NCBI RefSeq assembly: GCF_028641065.1
Contig: NW_026575759.1
Coordinates: forward strand, 186,001-250,000
Source of the DNA: Leucoraja erinacea
Lineage: Eukaryota
DNA: 64,000 nucleotides
Direction: 5' to 3'
This document shows, piece by piece, positions 11,501 through 24,800 of this stretch. Numbering within the stretch: the first letter of the stretch is position 1; the number at the start of each line of letters is the position of its first letter. Both the position numbers and the translations under genes were made by a program. The notes under the pieces are model-generated. The model searched no databases, was not told where the DNA came from, and worked only from the letters and a program-made list of their open reading frames with translations.

Positions 11501-14500
11501 CTGTGTAGGACAAGAAATTCTTATTTGTAATCAGAAAAAAATCTAAATATGAGTCCAGTGTCAAAATACACATTGAATATAGACCTCCCGGTCTCTATGT
11601 AAATATAGTTAAATGTTTAAAAGAAAACTTATATGTGGAAAAAAAAGAAAAAAGATAAAAGGAAATAAAAAAGGAAAAAAAAGAGAAAAAAGTAAGTAAG
11701 TAAAACTAGAAAAAAAGCAAAACGAATCTGAGCTGAGAATTTCAACAATCTAAGTCCCTGTTTGTCGTCAAGTCCGTTCCACCATATAAAGGTAAAATCA
11801 TTTTTATAATTCTGACATTCCTGCGCTCGCTTATACTTGCAGTTCTTCCACCTGGATGTGTACAACAGCGACGGCTCGCCTCTGACTGTGGACCAGATTC
11901 ACATGCAGCTGCAGCGCATCCGGAATTTCTCCTGGAAGACGGACAAGGAGCCGTTGGGAGTTCTGACGAGCGATCACCGCAACACCTGGGGCCAGGCCTA
12001 CAACACCCTCATGAAAGGTAGAACGAACTCGGAACGATCGCTAGTGCCGAACGAATGGACTAGTTTAGTTTAGGTGAGGGATACAATAGAAACAAGCCCC
12101 TTCACCCCACTGAGTCCGCGCCGCCCAGCGATCTCCCCCCCCCCCCTCACTAACACTGCCCGACACAGAGTCCGGGAACAATTTGCAATTTTACAAAAGC
12201 AAATTAGACTACAAGCCTGCACGTCTTTGGAGTGTGGGAGGAAACCGGAGCACCAGGAGAAAACCCACTCAGGTCCGGGGGTGAACAATACTCCAGGCGT
12301 GGTCTCACTAGGGCCCTGTACAACTGCAGAAGGACCTCTTTGCTCCTATACTCAACTCCTTGTGTTGTGGGGGCCAACATGCCATTCGCTTTCTTCACTG
12401 CCTGCTGTCCCTGCATGCTTGCATTCATTGACTGATGATCAAGGCCCCCCAGATCCCATTGTACTTCCCCCTTTCCCAACTATCTCCAGGACTGGCTGCA
12501 GTTCCCAGGTCGCCTGCGAGCCCCGGGACTAGCTGTAGCGCCCAGATCACGTAAACAATTTTTTTGTTTAAATGCCTGCGGGCCGGATGATTTCGGGCTA
12601 CGGGCCGGATCCAGCCCACGGGCGTAGGTTTCCGACCCCTGCCCTAGACTTTATTTCCTTCCTCATGTATCTATACAATGTGGACGGCTCGATCGTAATC
12701 ATGTATTCGTAATCATGAGTATTGTAGAATATTCTTTATTTGCGAAACATTCCTCAAACTACACGGTACTTGGTGAGGATTTAACGCTTTAAGCTCCTGT
12801 CGACGTGAGGAGCACTAGATGCTGAGCGTACTCAATAGCCCACGAACAAACCCCATGTCGCGACCAATGACGAGGGTTCTGAATAGCCAGCTTCACCACT
12901 AGGTGTCGCGACACATTGTCTTTCCACAGACGGGATAGCACGCAACAAAAAAGCTTTTCCCTGTACCTCGGTACACGTGACAACGAACTGTAAACTCTGA
13001 AAACTTTCCATTGCCGTCTCCCACAGACAAGCTGAACAGAGAGTCGGTCAGGGCCATTCAGCAGAGCATCTTTACCGTGTGCCTGGACTCGCCCGTCCTG
13101 AAAATCTCGGAGGAGAAGTACACGAGCCGGATGGCGGCCCAGATGCTACACGGAGGTGGAAGTTACTCCAACAGCGGCAACCGCTGGTTTGATAAAGCGC
13201 TGCAGGTACAAGTGATGGGACAACAAAGAGGTCCTTCTGCAGTTGTACAGGGTCCTAGTGAGACCACACCTGGAGTGTTGTGTGCAGTTTTGGTCCCCTC
13301 ATTTGAGGAAGGACATTCTTGCTATTGAGGGAGTGCAGCGTAGGTTCACCAGGTTAATTCCCGGGATGGCGGGTCTGTCGTATGCTGAGAGAATGGAGCG
13401 GCTGGGCTTGTACACTCTGGAGTTTAGAAGGATTTAGCACGGAGACCAGGAAACATTTTTTCACAGAGAGATTCAGATTCAGATTCAGATTCAATTTTAA
13501 TTGTCATTGTCAGTGTACAGTACAGAGACAACGAAATGCATTTAGCATCTACCTTGAAGAGCGACATAGCAAACGATTTGAATAAAAAAATAAATAATAA
13601 GTGTCCGGGTCCGTGGGGGGGGCGGTGATTGGCAGTCACCGAGGTACGTTGTTTAGTAGAGAGTTGTGAGTCTGTGGAATTCTCTGCCTCAGAGGGTGGT
13701 GGAGGCCGGTTCTCTGGATACTTTCAAGAAAGAGCTAGATAGGGCTCTTAAAGATAGCGTAGTCGGGGGATATGGGGAGAAGGCAAGAACAGGGTACTGA
13801 TTGGGGATGATCAGCCCTGATCACATTGAATTGGTTTGAAGGGCCTAATGACCTTACTCCTGCACCTATTGCCTATTATCTATTGACAGTGTGTGCTGGC
13901 CATTGTCGTAGAAGTCACAGTCATACTGCGTGGAAACAGGCCCTTCCGCCCAACTTGCCCACGTTGACCAACATGTCCCACCTGCACCCGTCCCACCTGC
14001 CAGCGTTAGGCCCAAATCCCTCCAAACGTTTTCTATCCCTTTTTCCATGCTGTAGGACTCTGGAGAGATGTGTATGAGATGAATCTGAAGAAGGTTCCCG
14101 ACCTTGGGTTGCCAACTTGCTCACTCCCAAATAAGGGACAAAAGGTCCCTTGATTATTCTGGCAAATTAGATTACTGTCTAAATATCAGATTATTATCTA
14201 AATGGCGTCAATTTGGGAAAAGGGGAAGTACAACGGGATCTGTGGGGTCCTTGTTCATCAGTCTATGAAAGTAAGCATGCAGGTACATCAGGCAGTGAAG
14301 AAAACCAATGGGCATGTTGGCCTTTATAACAAGAGGATTCAAATATAGGAGCAAAGAGGTCCTTCTGCAGTTGTACAGAGCCCTAGTGAAACCACACCTG
14401 GAGTATTGTATACAGTTTTGTCCCCTAATTTGAGGAAGGACATTCTTGCTATTGAGGGAGTGCAGCGTAGGTTCACCAGGTTAATTCCCGGGATGGCGGG

Positions 14501-17500
14501 ACTGTCATATGCTGAGAGAATGGAGCGGCTGGGCTTGTATACTCTGGAGTCTAGAAGGATGAGAGGGGATCTTATTGAAACATATAAGATTGCTAAGGGT
14601 TTGAACACGCTGGAGGCAGGAAACAGGAATGATTTTAACAGTAAAAATCTTGTGAAAGTTGGCGTTTTTAAAGGTTTAATCGCGAATAATGTGAAATGTA
14701 GGATGAAATCTTCAGTGAAGCTGATAACTGCTAGCCGGGCCATTGTGACGTCATCAGTGAAAGCTGGTCGTTTTAATTTCAAAGCCTTTTGATGTTTTTA
14801 AACTTCTTACTTATAATCAGTAATAAGTCGAGAAATAAAGCATAAAATGTTCAATGAAGGTGATCTCAGCCTTGAGGGGAAAATTGTCAATCAGAATATG
14901 TAAAAATGTAATGATTACCACGTGATGTTTTTGCGAAGATGTAGACAACCACATATATACACACTTATACTCACGTACAAGATCAGACTTTTAATAAGTA
15001 AATGATGATTAGGGCTTGTTGATCTTCTAAATGATGGACCTTAAGTTTTCTGATTGTATTGCAGTTCATTGTTGGTGAGGATGGATCCTGTGGTGTAATC
15101 TACGAACAATCTTGTGGTGAGGGGCCGCCCATTGTTGCCATTTTGGACCACGTTCTAGATTATTGGTAAGATCTTCTTATAGAGTCCGCACACAAGATTA
15201 GACGTTGTTCAGCCAGGCACTTCTCAGCATCTGCTGCAATGAGAGGTGATCTTATTGAAACATATAAGACTATTAAGGGTTTGGACACGCTAGAGACAGG
15301 AAACGTGTTCCCGATGTTGGGAGAGTCCAGAACCAGGGGCCACACACAGTTTAAGAATAAGGGGAAAGTCATTTAGAACGGAGAGGAGGAAACATTTTTT
15401 CACCCAGAGAGTTGTGAGTCTGTGGAATTCTCTGCCTCAGAGGGCGGTGGAGGCCGGTTGTCTGGATACTTTCAAGTGACAGAGTTCTTGAAGATAGCAG
15501 AGTTGGGAGATATGGGGAGAAGGAAGGAACGGGGTACTGATTGGGGATGATCAGCCATGATCACATTGAATGGTGGTGCTGGCTCGAAGGGCCGAATGGC
15601 CTCTACTCCTGCACCTATTGGCTACCACTGCTCGGACGCATTGGGGCTGAAGGGCCTGTTTCCGCGCTGTATCTCTAAACTAAATTGAAGTCGCATGTTC
15701 CATCTTGCATGCCCCGGATATAATTGTAACTCTTTCAGAAAAATGGTGCACTACAGTGAAGTTTAAATATGGTTTATCAAGTATCATTCCTGATTCAACA
15801 TCTTTCCTTTGTACTTTGCCTTGTGTAGCAAGGACCCGGATACAGTTCGAGCTCCAATGATTCCTCTGCCGTTACCCAAGAAACTGTATTTCTACATCAC
15901 TCCAGAGATAAAGTGGGATATTGAGCATGCAAAACAGAATCTGGACATGTGAGTATCATTGTGGCTGCTTGTGTCAATCAGTTCGACTAGATACTGTCTC
16001 TAACAAAGGCCCAGTTTTTAACTCCTAAAGTATGGCAGTCGTAGGGTTGCCAACTGTCCTGTATTAGCCGGGACATCCCGTATATTGGGCTAAATTGGTT
16101 TCGCCCGTGTCCCGTATTTGACCGCGACTACTCGGGTCAAGGGGTCGGACCCCGCCTCACCCGTCCTGACGTAGTGCAGCCCGTGGAGAGCAGCAGTGGC
16201 AGCGCCTCGCCCATGGCCCCGTCGGTTGGCAGCCCGGACTGCTGTATGAACCTTCGGACCTTCGCTGACCGCCAACACCACCACCTCCCCTCCTTTTCAT
16301 GGCCGATCGTCGGTTCATGAGTTGGACGGGGCGCCGGACTTTGCGTGCGATGTCGCGCGGCCCCCGGGCCAAAACTCCTCAGCTGGCCCCGCCGGCTGGG
16401 CTTTGCGTGCAGTCCAGCACTCCGGGCCAACTCATCATTCTCCCAGCCACGGCCCAGTCGGTCAACGAAATGCCGTCTGGGGAATTTGTCCCATATTTTG
16501 ACCTTTTGTCCCGTATTTGGGAGTGAGGAAGTTGGCGAACCCTAATGCGTCATTCAGCAGAATATGACATCATCATAGAATATAGAAAGGTATAGCACAG
16601 GAACAGGCCCTTCAGCCCACATTGTCTGTACCGAACATGATGCCAAGGGGTGGCACAGTGGCGCAACTGTAGAATCGCAGCCTCACAGCGGCAGAGACCC
16701 GGGTTCATTCGAGACTATAGTTGCTGTCTGTGGGGAGTTTGTGTGTTCTCCCCGTGACCTGCGTGGTTTTCTCCGGTTTCCTCCCACACTCTAAAGGCGT
16801 GCAGGTGTGTAGGGTAATTGGCCCCGGGTATAATTGTTCAATTGTCTCGAGTATGTAGGTTAATGCTAGTGTACAGGGTGAGCACTAGTTGGTGGGGACT
16901 CGGTGGGCCGAAGGGCCTGTTTCCATGCTGTATCTCTTTTTTTTTTTTTAATATTTAATTTTATTAGAAGTACAATCATATGGCACCAAAGTGCCTAATA
17001 TATATTTTACATAGAAACATAGAAATTAGGTGCAGGAGTAGGCCATTCGGCCCTTCGAGCCTGCACCGCCATTCAATATGATCATGGCTGATCATCCAAC
17101 TCAGTATCCCGTACCTGACTTCTCTCCATACCCCCTGATCCCCTTAGCCACAAGGGCCACATCTAACTCCCTCTTAAATATAGCCAATGAACTGGCCTCA
17201 ACTACCCTCTGTGGCTGAGAGTTCCAGAGATTCACCACTCTCTGTGTGAAAAAAGTTCGTCTCATCTCGGTTTTAAAGGATTTCCCCCTTATCTTTAAGC
17301 TGTGACCCCTTGTCCTGGACTTCCCCAACATCGGGAACAATCTTCCTGCATCTAGCCTGTCCAACCCCTTAAGAATTTTGTAAGTTTCTATAAGATCCCC
17401 TCTCAATCTTCTAAATTGTAGAGAGTATAAACCAAGTCTATCCAGTCTTTCTTCATAAGACAGTCCTGACATCCCAGGAATCAGTCTGGTGAACCGTCTC

Positions 17501-18675
17501 TGCACTCCCTCTATGGCAATAATGTCCTTCCTCAGATTTGGTTATATTAAAGAAAGATTAGAATAAGAAAAATAAATTAGATAGTAAAGGATAGAAAAGC
17601 GTGAGATATATAGTGTGTGAAGAAAAAGAAGAAAGACGAATGAGTGAAGAAAGTTGAGAAAAAGAAAATAGGAAAAAGAGAATAAGACATTTAAAAAAAA
17701 ATAAATAAATAAAATTAAATAAAAAAAAAAAAGGGGTAAGGAGATCATTGTTTATAATCTTAACCAACCCTCATCCAGTCGTGAAACAGTTATTTTTTAC
17801 AATTGTGTTGCATCATATGATTCCAAAAAGATGACAAATGGAGACCAACTCGTTATGAATTGGTCTGATTTATCCATTAGGAGGAATCGCATTTCCTCAA
17901 GATGAGCGGTGTCCAACATACTTGCAATCCACATTTTAAGCGTTGGTATTGATGTATTTTTCCAAAATTTAAGTATTAATTTTTTTGCTATTATTAACCC
18001 ATAGTTAAAGAATAAAATTTGAGGTGTGTTCAATTTATTCCCATCTTCCATTACTCCAAATATAATCATTTCCGTATTAGGTTCCATTCTACTCTTGAAT
18101 AATTTTGTAAATATTTTGAAAATATCGCTCCAAAATCTATAAAGTTTTATGCGGGAAACTAAGGAGTGCGTATCTCTAAACTCTAAAATTGAAACGATGT
18201 CTCTGTTCCAGTTTAGTTAACGACCTGGACATCAGCTGCTTCACGTACAGAAACTTTGGCAAAGACTTCCCCAAAAAACATGGCATAAGCCCGGACTCGT
18301 TTGTCCAGATGGCTCTTCAGTTGGCTTACTTCAGGTATGTACTCTGGGAAGGGCTGCCAACTCCCTCACTCCCAAATAAGGGACAAAAGGTCAAAATACG
18401 GGACAAATTCCCCCACGGCAATTCGTTGACCGACTGGTCCGTGACTGGGTGAATGATGAGTTGGCCCCGGGTGCTGGACTGTACACAAAGCCCAGCCGGC
18501 TGAGCCAGCTGAGGAGTTTTGGCCCGGGGGCCGCCCGCACAGTCCGGCGCCCCGTCTAACTCACAAACCGATGACCGGCCGTGAGAAGGAGGGGGGTGGC
18601 GGTGGTGTCGGCGGTCAGCGAAGGTCCTGAGGGTCGGCTGCTGCAGCTGGCCGGCTGCTGCTGCTGCTGCTGCTG

Positions 18676-18708
<33 letters not shown>

Positions 18709-18762
18709 GACGGCTGCTGCTGCCTGCTGCGGGCGAGGCGCTGCTGCTGCTGCTGCCTGCTG

Positions 18763-18813
<51 letters not shown>

Positions 18814-21800
18814 GGCTGCTGCTGCTGCTGCTGCTGCTGCACTCCATGGGCTGCACTATGTCGGGGTGGGTGAGGCAGGGCCGGATGCGGCGCTCCGACC
18901 CGACAGTCCCCTCGACCCGAGTAGCAGCGGTCAAATACGGGACAAGGGCGGTCAACCCAAATTAGCCCAGAATACAGGATGTCCTGGCTCTGTTTTACAA
19001 TGATTGTCCCCTCAGCTTGTAACATTCCTTTTATTATCCAGACTGCTCAAACTTCCGAGGTAGAGAATTCCAAGGTTTCGCCACCCTCTGTGAAAATAAA
19101 GTTCTACGCAGCACTGTTTTAAAATGAGTGGTCCTAATATTGTTGTAGATCAAACAGTATTCCTGATTTGATCCATGTCGGGTCTTGCTGCTGGTGACCA
19201 GATCCGTAAACCATGTCAGGTCTCCTACACTACTGCCAGCTCGTGCATGCGGGCAGCCATGTGGAGTTTTAGATTTAACTTGCGATTCAGAGTCTACAGT
19301 ACTCATCTCAATGGTCTCTGTATGTATATATTCTTACTATTGAGGGAGTGCAGCGTGGGTTCACAAGGTTAATTCCCAGAATGGCGGGACTGTCATATGC
19401 TGAGAGAATGGAGAAGCTGGGCTTATACACTCTGGAGTTTAGAAGGGTGAGAGGGGATCTTATTGAAACATATAAGATTATTATGGGTTTGGACACGCTA
19501 GAGGCAGGAAACATGTTCCCGATGTTGTGGGAGTCCAGAACCAGGGGCTACACAGTTTAAGAATAAGGGGTAAGCCATTTAGAACGGAGATGAGGACACT
19601 TTTTTTCACACAGGGAGTTGTGAGTCTGTGGAATTCTCTGCCTCAGAGGGCAGTGGAGGCCAGTTCTATGGACACTTTCAAGAGAGAGCTAGATAGGGCT
19701 CTTAAAGATAGCGGAGTCAGGGGATATGGGGAGAAGGCAGGAACAGAGTACTGATTGGGGATGATCAGCCATGATCACATTGAATGGCGATGCTGGCTCG
19801 AAGGGCCGAATGACCTATTCATGCACCTAGTGTCTATTATCTATTGTGTACAAATTAAAGTACTTTTGAGTTGGAGTGAAGCTGGGATCACTGCCTTATG
19901 GCCTTTTTATAGTATGTTCCCCTATTATAATCTTTTCTCTTTGCGACCACTTTTAGAATGTACAAGGAGCTGTGTTCTGCTTGCGAGACTGTTTCACTGA
20001 GGAACTTTCATTTGGGGCGCACAGATGTGGTACGATCCTCGTCCACGGATTCCTTGGAGTTTGTGGAAAGCATGGACAATGAAAAAATTGAGGTAATTCA
20101 TCCTTGGAAGTTCACAAAAAATATAGCATCTCTCCAACAACTAACTTTACGAGGATGTTGCCAGGACTCGAGGGTGTGAGCTACAGGGAGAGGTTGAGCA
20201 GGCTGGGTCTCTATTCCTTGGAGCGCAGGAGGATGAGGGGTGATCTTATAGAGGTGGATAAAATCATGAGAGGAATAGATCGTGTAGACGCACACAGTCT
20301 CTTGCCCAGAGTTGGGGAATCGAGGACCAGAGGACATGCAGTACCTTTCAGGTGAAGGGCGAAAGATTTAATAGGAATCTGAGGGGTGACTTTTTCCATA
20401 CAAAGGGTGATGGATGTGTGGAACAAGCTGCCAGAGGAGGTAGTTGAGACTGGGACTATCCCAAAGTTTAAGAAACGATTATAAAGATACATGGATAGGA
20501 CGGGGAGACACAAAATGCTGGAGTAACTCAGCGGGACAGGCAGCATCTCTGGAGAGAAGGAATGGGTGACGTTTCGGGTCGAGATCCTTCTTGGGATAAG
20601 ACAGGTGTGGAGGGATATGGGGCAAACACAGGCGGGTGGGACCAGTGTAGATGGGGCATGTTGGCCACCATTGGTAGTCGGGCCAAATGAGCCTGTTTCC
20701 ACGCTGAATGACTCGATGACTAACACTGGCAGCAATTGAGGTGTTGCCTCACAGCGCCAGAAACCGGGTTCGATCCTGACCTCGGGTGCTGTCTGTGCAG
20801 AGTTTGCACGTTTTCCCCGTGACCGGGTGGGTTTTCTCCAGGTGCTCCGGTTTCCTCCCACATCCCAAAGACAGAAAGGATGGGTTGCACTTGAACCCGA
20901 GAGGGACCAATATCCTAGCGGGGAAATTTGCAAAGGCAGCTGGGGAGACTTTAAAATAGAATAACCATATAACAATTACAGGTTGGGGCGAGGGACTCAA
21001 ATAGCGAAAGGTAGTAGAAAGGTAGTAGACAGAATGGGAGGCAGGAAGCAGAAATGGGAAGCACTCGGACACAAGAGGAGAAAGGAAAAAAAGGAAATAA
21101 ACAGAGAATAAGAGACGGGGGTTTTCTTAAATGTGCATATTTTAATGCTAGGAGCATTGTAAGAAAAGTGGATGAGCTTAGAGTCTGGATAGACACCTGG
21201 AAGTATGATGTTGTGGCGATCAGTGAAACGTGGTTGCAGGAGGGCTGTGATTGGAAACTAAATATTCCAGGATTTCGTTGCTTCAGGTGTGATAGAATTG
21301 GAGGGGCAAGAGGTGGAGGTGTTGCATTGCTAGTCAGGGAAGATATTACAGCAGTGCTTTGGCAGGATAGATTGGAGGGCTCATCTAGGGAGGCTATTTG
21401 GGTGGAATTGAGAAGTGGGAAAGGTGTAGCAACACTTATAGGGGTGTATTATAGACCGCCAAACGGGGAACGAGAATTGGAAGAGCAAATATGTAAGGAG
21501 ATAGCAGAGATTAGTAGTAAGCACAAGGTAGTGATTGTGGGAGATTTCAACTTTCCACACATAGACTGGGAAACACATTCTGTAAATGGGCTGGATGGGT
21601 TGGAGTTTGTAAAATGTGTGCAGGATAGTTTTTTGCAGCAATACATAGAGGTACCTACTAGAGGAGGGGCAGTGCTGGACCTCCTGTTAGGAAATGAGAC
21701 TGGACAGGTGGCGGAGGTATGCGTTGGGGAGCACTTCGGGTCCAGTGATCACAATACCATTAGTTTCAATATAATTATGGAGAGGGTCAGAACTGGACCT

Positions 21801-24800
21801 GGGGTTGAGATTTTTGATTGGAGAAAGGCTAACTTTGATGCGATGCGAGATGATTTAAAAGGAGTGAACTGGGACATTTTGTTTTATGGGAAAGATGTAG
21901 AAGAGAAATGGAGGACATTTAAAGGGGAAATTTTAAGAGTACAGAATCTTTATGTTCCTGTTCGGTTGAAAGGAAACAGTAAAAATTGGAAAGAGCCCTG
22001 GTTTTCAAGGGAAATTGGACATCTTGTTCGGAAAAAGAGGGAGATCTACAATAATTATAGGCAGCATGAAGTAAATGAGGTGCTTGAGGAGTATAAGGAA
22101 TGTAAAAAGAATCTTAAGAAAGAAATTAGAAAAGCTAAAAGAAGATATGAGGTTGCTTTGGCAAGTAAGGTGAAAGTCAATCCAAAGGGTTTCTACAGCT
22201 ATATTAATAGCAAAAGGATAAGGAGGGATAAAATTGGTCCATTGGAGAGACAGAGTGGACAGCTATCTGCAGAGCCAAAAGAGATGGGGGAGATAGTGAA
22301 CAATTTTTTTTCTTCGGTATTCACCAAAGAGAAGGATATTGAATTATGTGAGGTAAGGGAAACTAGTAGAGTAGCTATGGATACTATGAGGTTCAAAGTA
22401 AAAGAAGTACTGACACTTTTGAAAAATATAAAAGTGGATAAGTCTCCAGGTCCTGACAGGATATTCCCTAGGACATTAAGGGAAGTTAGTGTAGAAATAG
22501 CCGGGGCTATGACAGAAATATTTCAAATGTCATTAGAAACGGGAATAGTCCCCGAGGATTGGCGTACTGCGCATGTTGTTCCATTGTTTAAAAAGGGTTC
22601 TAAGAGTAAACCTAGCAATTATAGACCTGTTAGTTTGACTTCAGTGGTGGGCAAATTAATGGAAAAGATACTTAGAGATAATATATATAAGCATCTAGAT
22701 AAACAGGGTCTGATTAGGAACAGTCAACATGGATTTGTGCCTGGAAGGTCATGTTTGACTAATCTTCTTGAATTTTTTGAAGAGGTTACTAGGGAAATTG
22801 ACGAGGGTAAAGCAGTGGATGTTGTCTATATGGACTTTAGTAAGGCCTTTGACAAGGTTCCTCATGGAAGGTTGGTTAAGAAGGTTCAACTGTTGGGTAT
22901 AAATGCAGGAATAGCAAGATGGATTCAACAGTGGCTGAATGGGAGAAGCCAGAGGGTAATGGTGGATGGCTGTTTATCGGGTTGGAGGCAGGTGACTAGT
23001 GGGGTGCCTCAGGGATCTGTGTTGGGTCCTTTGTTGTTTGTCATGTACATCAATGATCTGGATGAAGGTGTGGTAAATTGGATTAGTAAGTATGCAGATG
23101 ATACCAAGATAGGGGGTGTTGTGGATAATGAAGAGGATTTCCAAAGTCTACAGAGTGATTTAGGCCATTTGGAAAAATGGGCTGAAAGATGGCAGATGGA
23201 GTTTAATGCTGATAAATGTGAGGTGCTACACCTTGGCAGGACAAATCAAAATAGGACGTACATGGTAAATGGTAGGGAATTGAAGAATACAGTTGAACAG
23301 AGGGATCTGGGTATAACCGTGCATAGTTCCTTGAAGGTGGAATCTCATATAGATAGGGTGGTAAAGAAAGCTTTTGATATGCTAGCCTTTATAAATCAGA
23401 GCATTGAGTATAGAAGCTGGGATGTAATGTTAAAATTGTACAAGGCATTGGTGAGACCAAATCTGGAGTATGGTGTACAATTTTGGTCGCCCAATTATAG
23501 GAAGGATGTCAACAAAATAGAGAGAGTACAGAGGAGATTTACTAGAATGTTGCCTGGGTTTCAACAACTAAGTAACAGAGATAGGTTGATAAGTTAGGTC
23601 TTTATTCTCTGGAGCGCAGAAGGTTAAGGGGGGACCTGATAGAGGTCTTTAAAATGATGAGAGGGATAGACAGAGTTGATGTGGACAAGCTTTTCCCTTT
23701 GAGAATAGGGAAGATTCAAACAAGAGGACATGACTTCAGAATTAAGGGACAGAAGCTTAGGGGTAATATGAGGGGGAACTTCTTTACGCAGAGAGTGGTG
23801 GCGGTGTGGAATGAGCTCCCAGTGGAAGTGGTGGAGGCAGGTTCATTGGTATCATTTAAAAATAAATTGGATAGGCATATGGATGAGAAGGGAATGGAGG
23901 GTTATGGTGTGAGTGCAGGCAGGTGGGACTAAGGGGAAAAGAAAATTTGTTCGGCATGGACTTGTGGGGCCGAGATGGCCTGTTTCCGTGCTGTAATTGT
24001 TATATGGTTATATGGTTATATGTGGGTTTTAATTGTATAATTTAAATTTCCCCTCGTGAGTAAGATGCGAAACTGGCATAATGTAGAACTAGTGTGAATT
24101 GATGGACAGCGTGGACTTGATGGGCCGAAGGGCCTGTTTCCATGCTGTGTCTCTAAACTGAACTAAAGAGGCCAGCATTTAGTTGGTAGAACAGGCCCAA
24201 CAGAGGATGTACTTCATACGGCAGCTGAGGAAACACAATCTGCCACAGGCAATGATGGTCCAATTCTACACGGCCATTGTAGAGTCTGTCCTCACCTTCT
24301 CCATCATGGTCTGGTTTGGCTCAGCCACCAAGCACGACACCCGGAGGCTGCAGCGAATCGTCCGATCAGCAGAGAAGGTTATTGGCTGCACCCTTCCCTC
24401 CATTGATGAACTGTACACTGCAAGGGCCAGGAAGCGAGCAGGCAAGATCATCTCTGACCCCTCTCACCCTGGCCACAAACTCTTTGAATCACTTCCCTCT
24501 GGAAGGCGACTCCGGACTGTCAAAGCTGCCACAGCCACACATAAAAGCAGCTTTTTTCCACTAGTTGTAGCTCTACTCAGTAACCAAAAACCTGTAGCCT
24601 CCTTTTGCTCTGGTATTTTATTTAATTCACATGTTTAATCGATAATGTTTTATTATTATTAATGTTTAATGTGTCATTCCTAACTCACTGTATGTCATGT
24701 TGTCACTTGCGGGCAGAGCACCAAGGCAAATTCCTTGGATGTGAATACTTGGCCAATAAACTTATTCAATCGTTCATAAACGTATTCATTCATCCCAAAG

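Noticed and set aside
18326-19025. Poly-Gln, poly-Ala, poly-Ser and poly-Leu ORFs
   Set aside because: They are translations of the intronic CTG/CAG repeat inside a transposon, with no splice or domain support.
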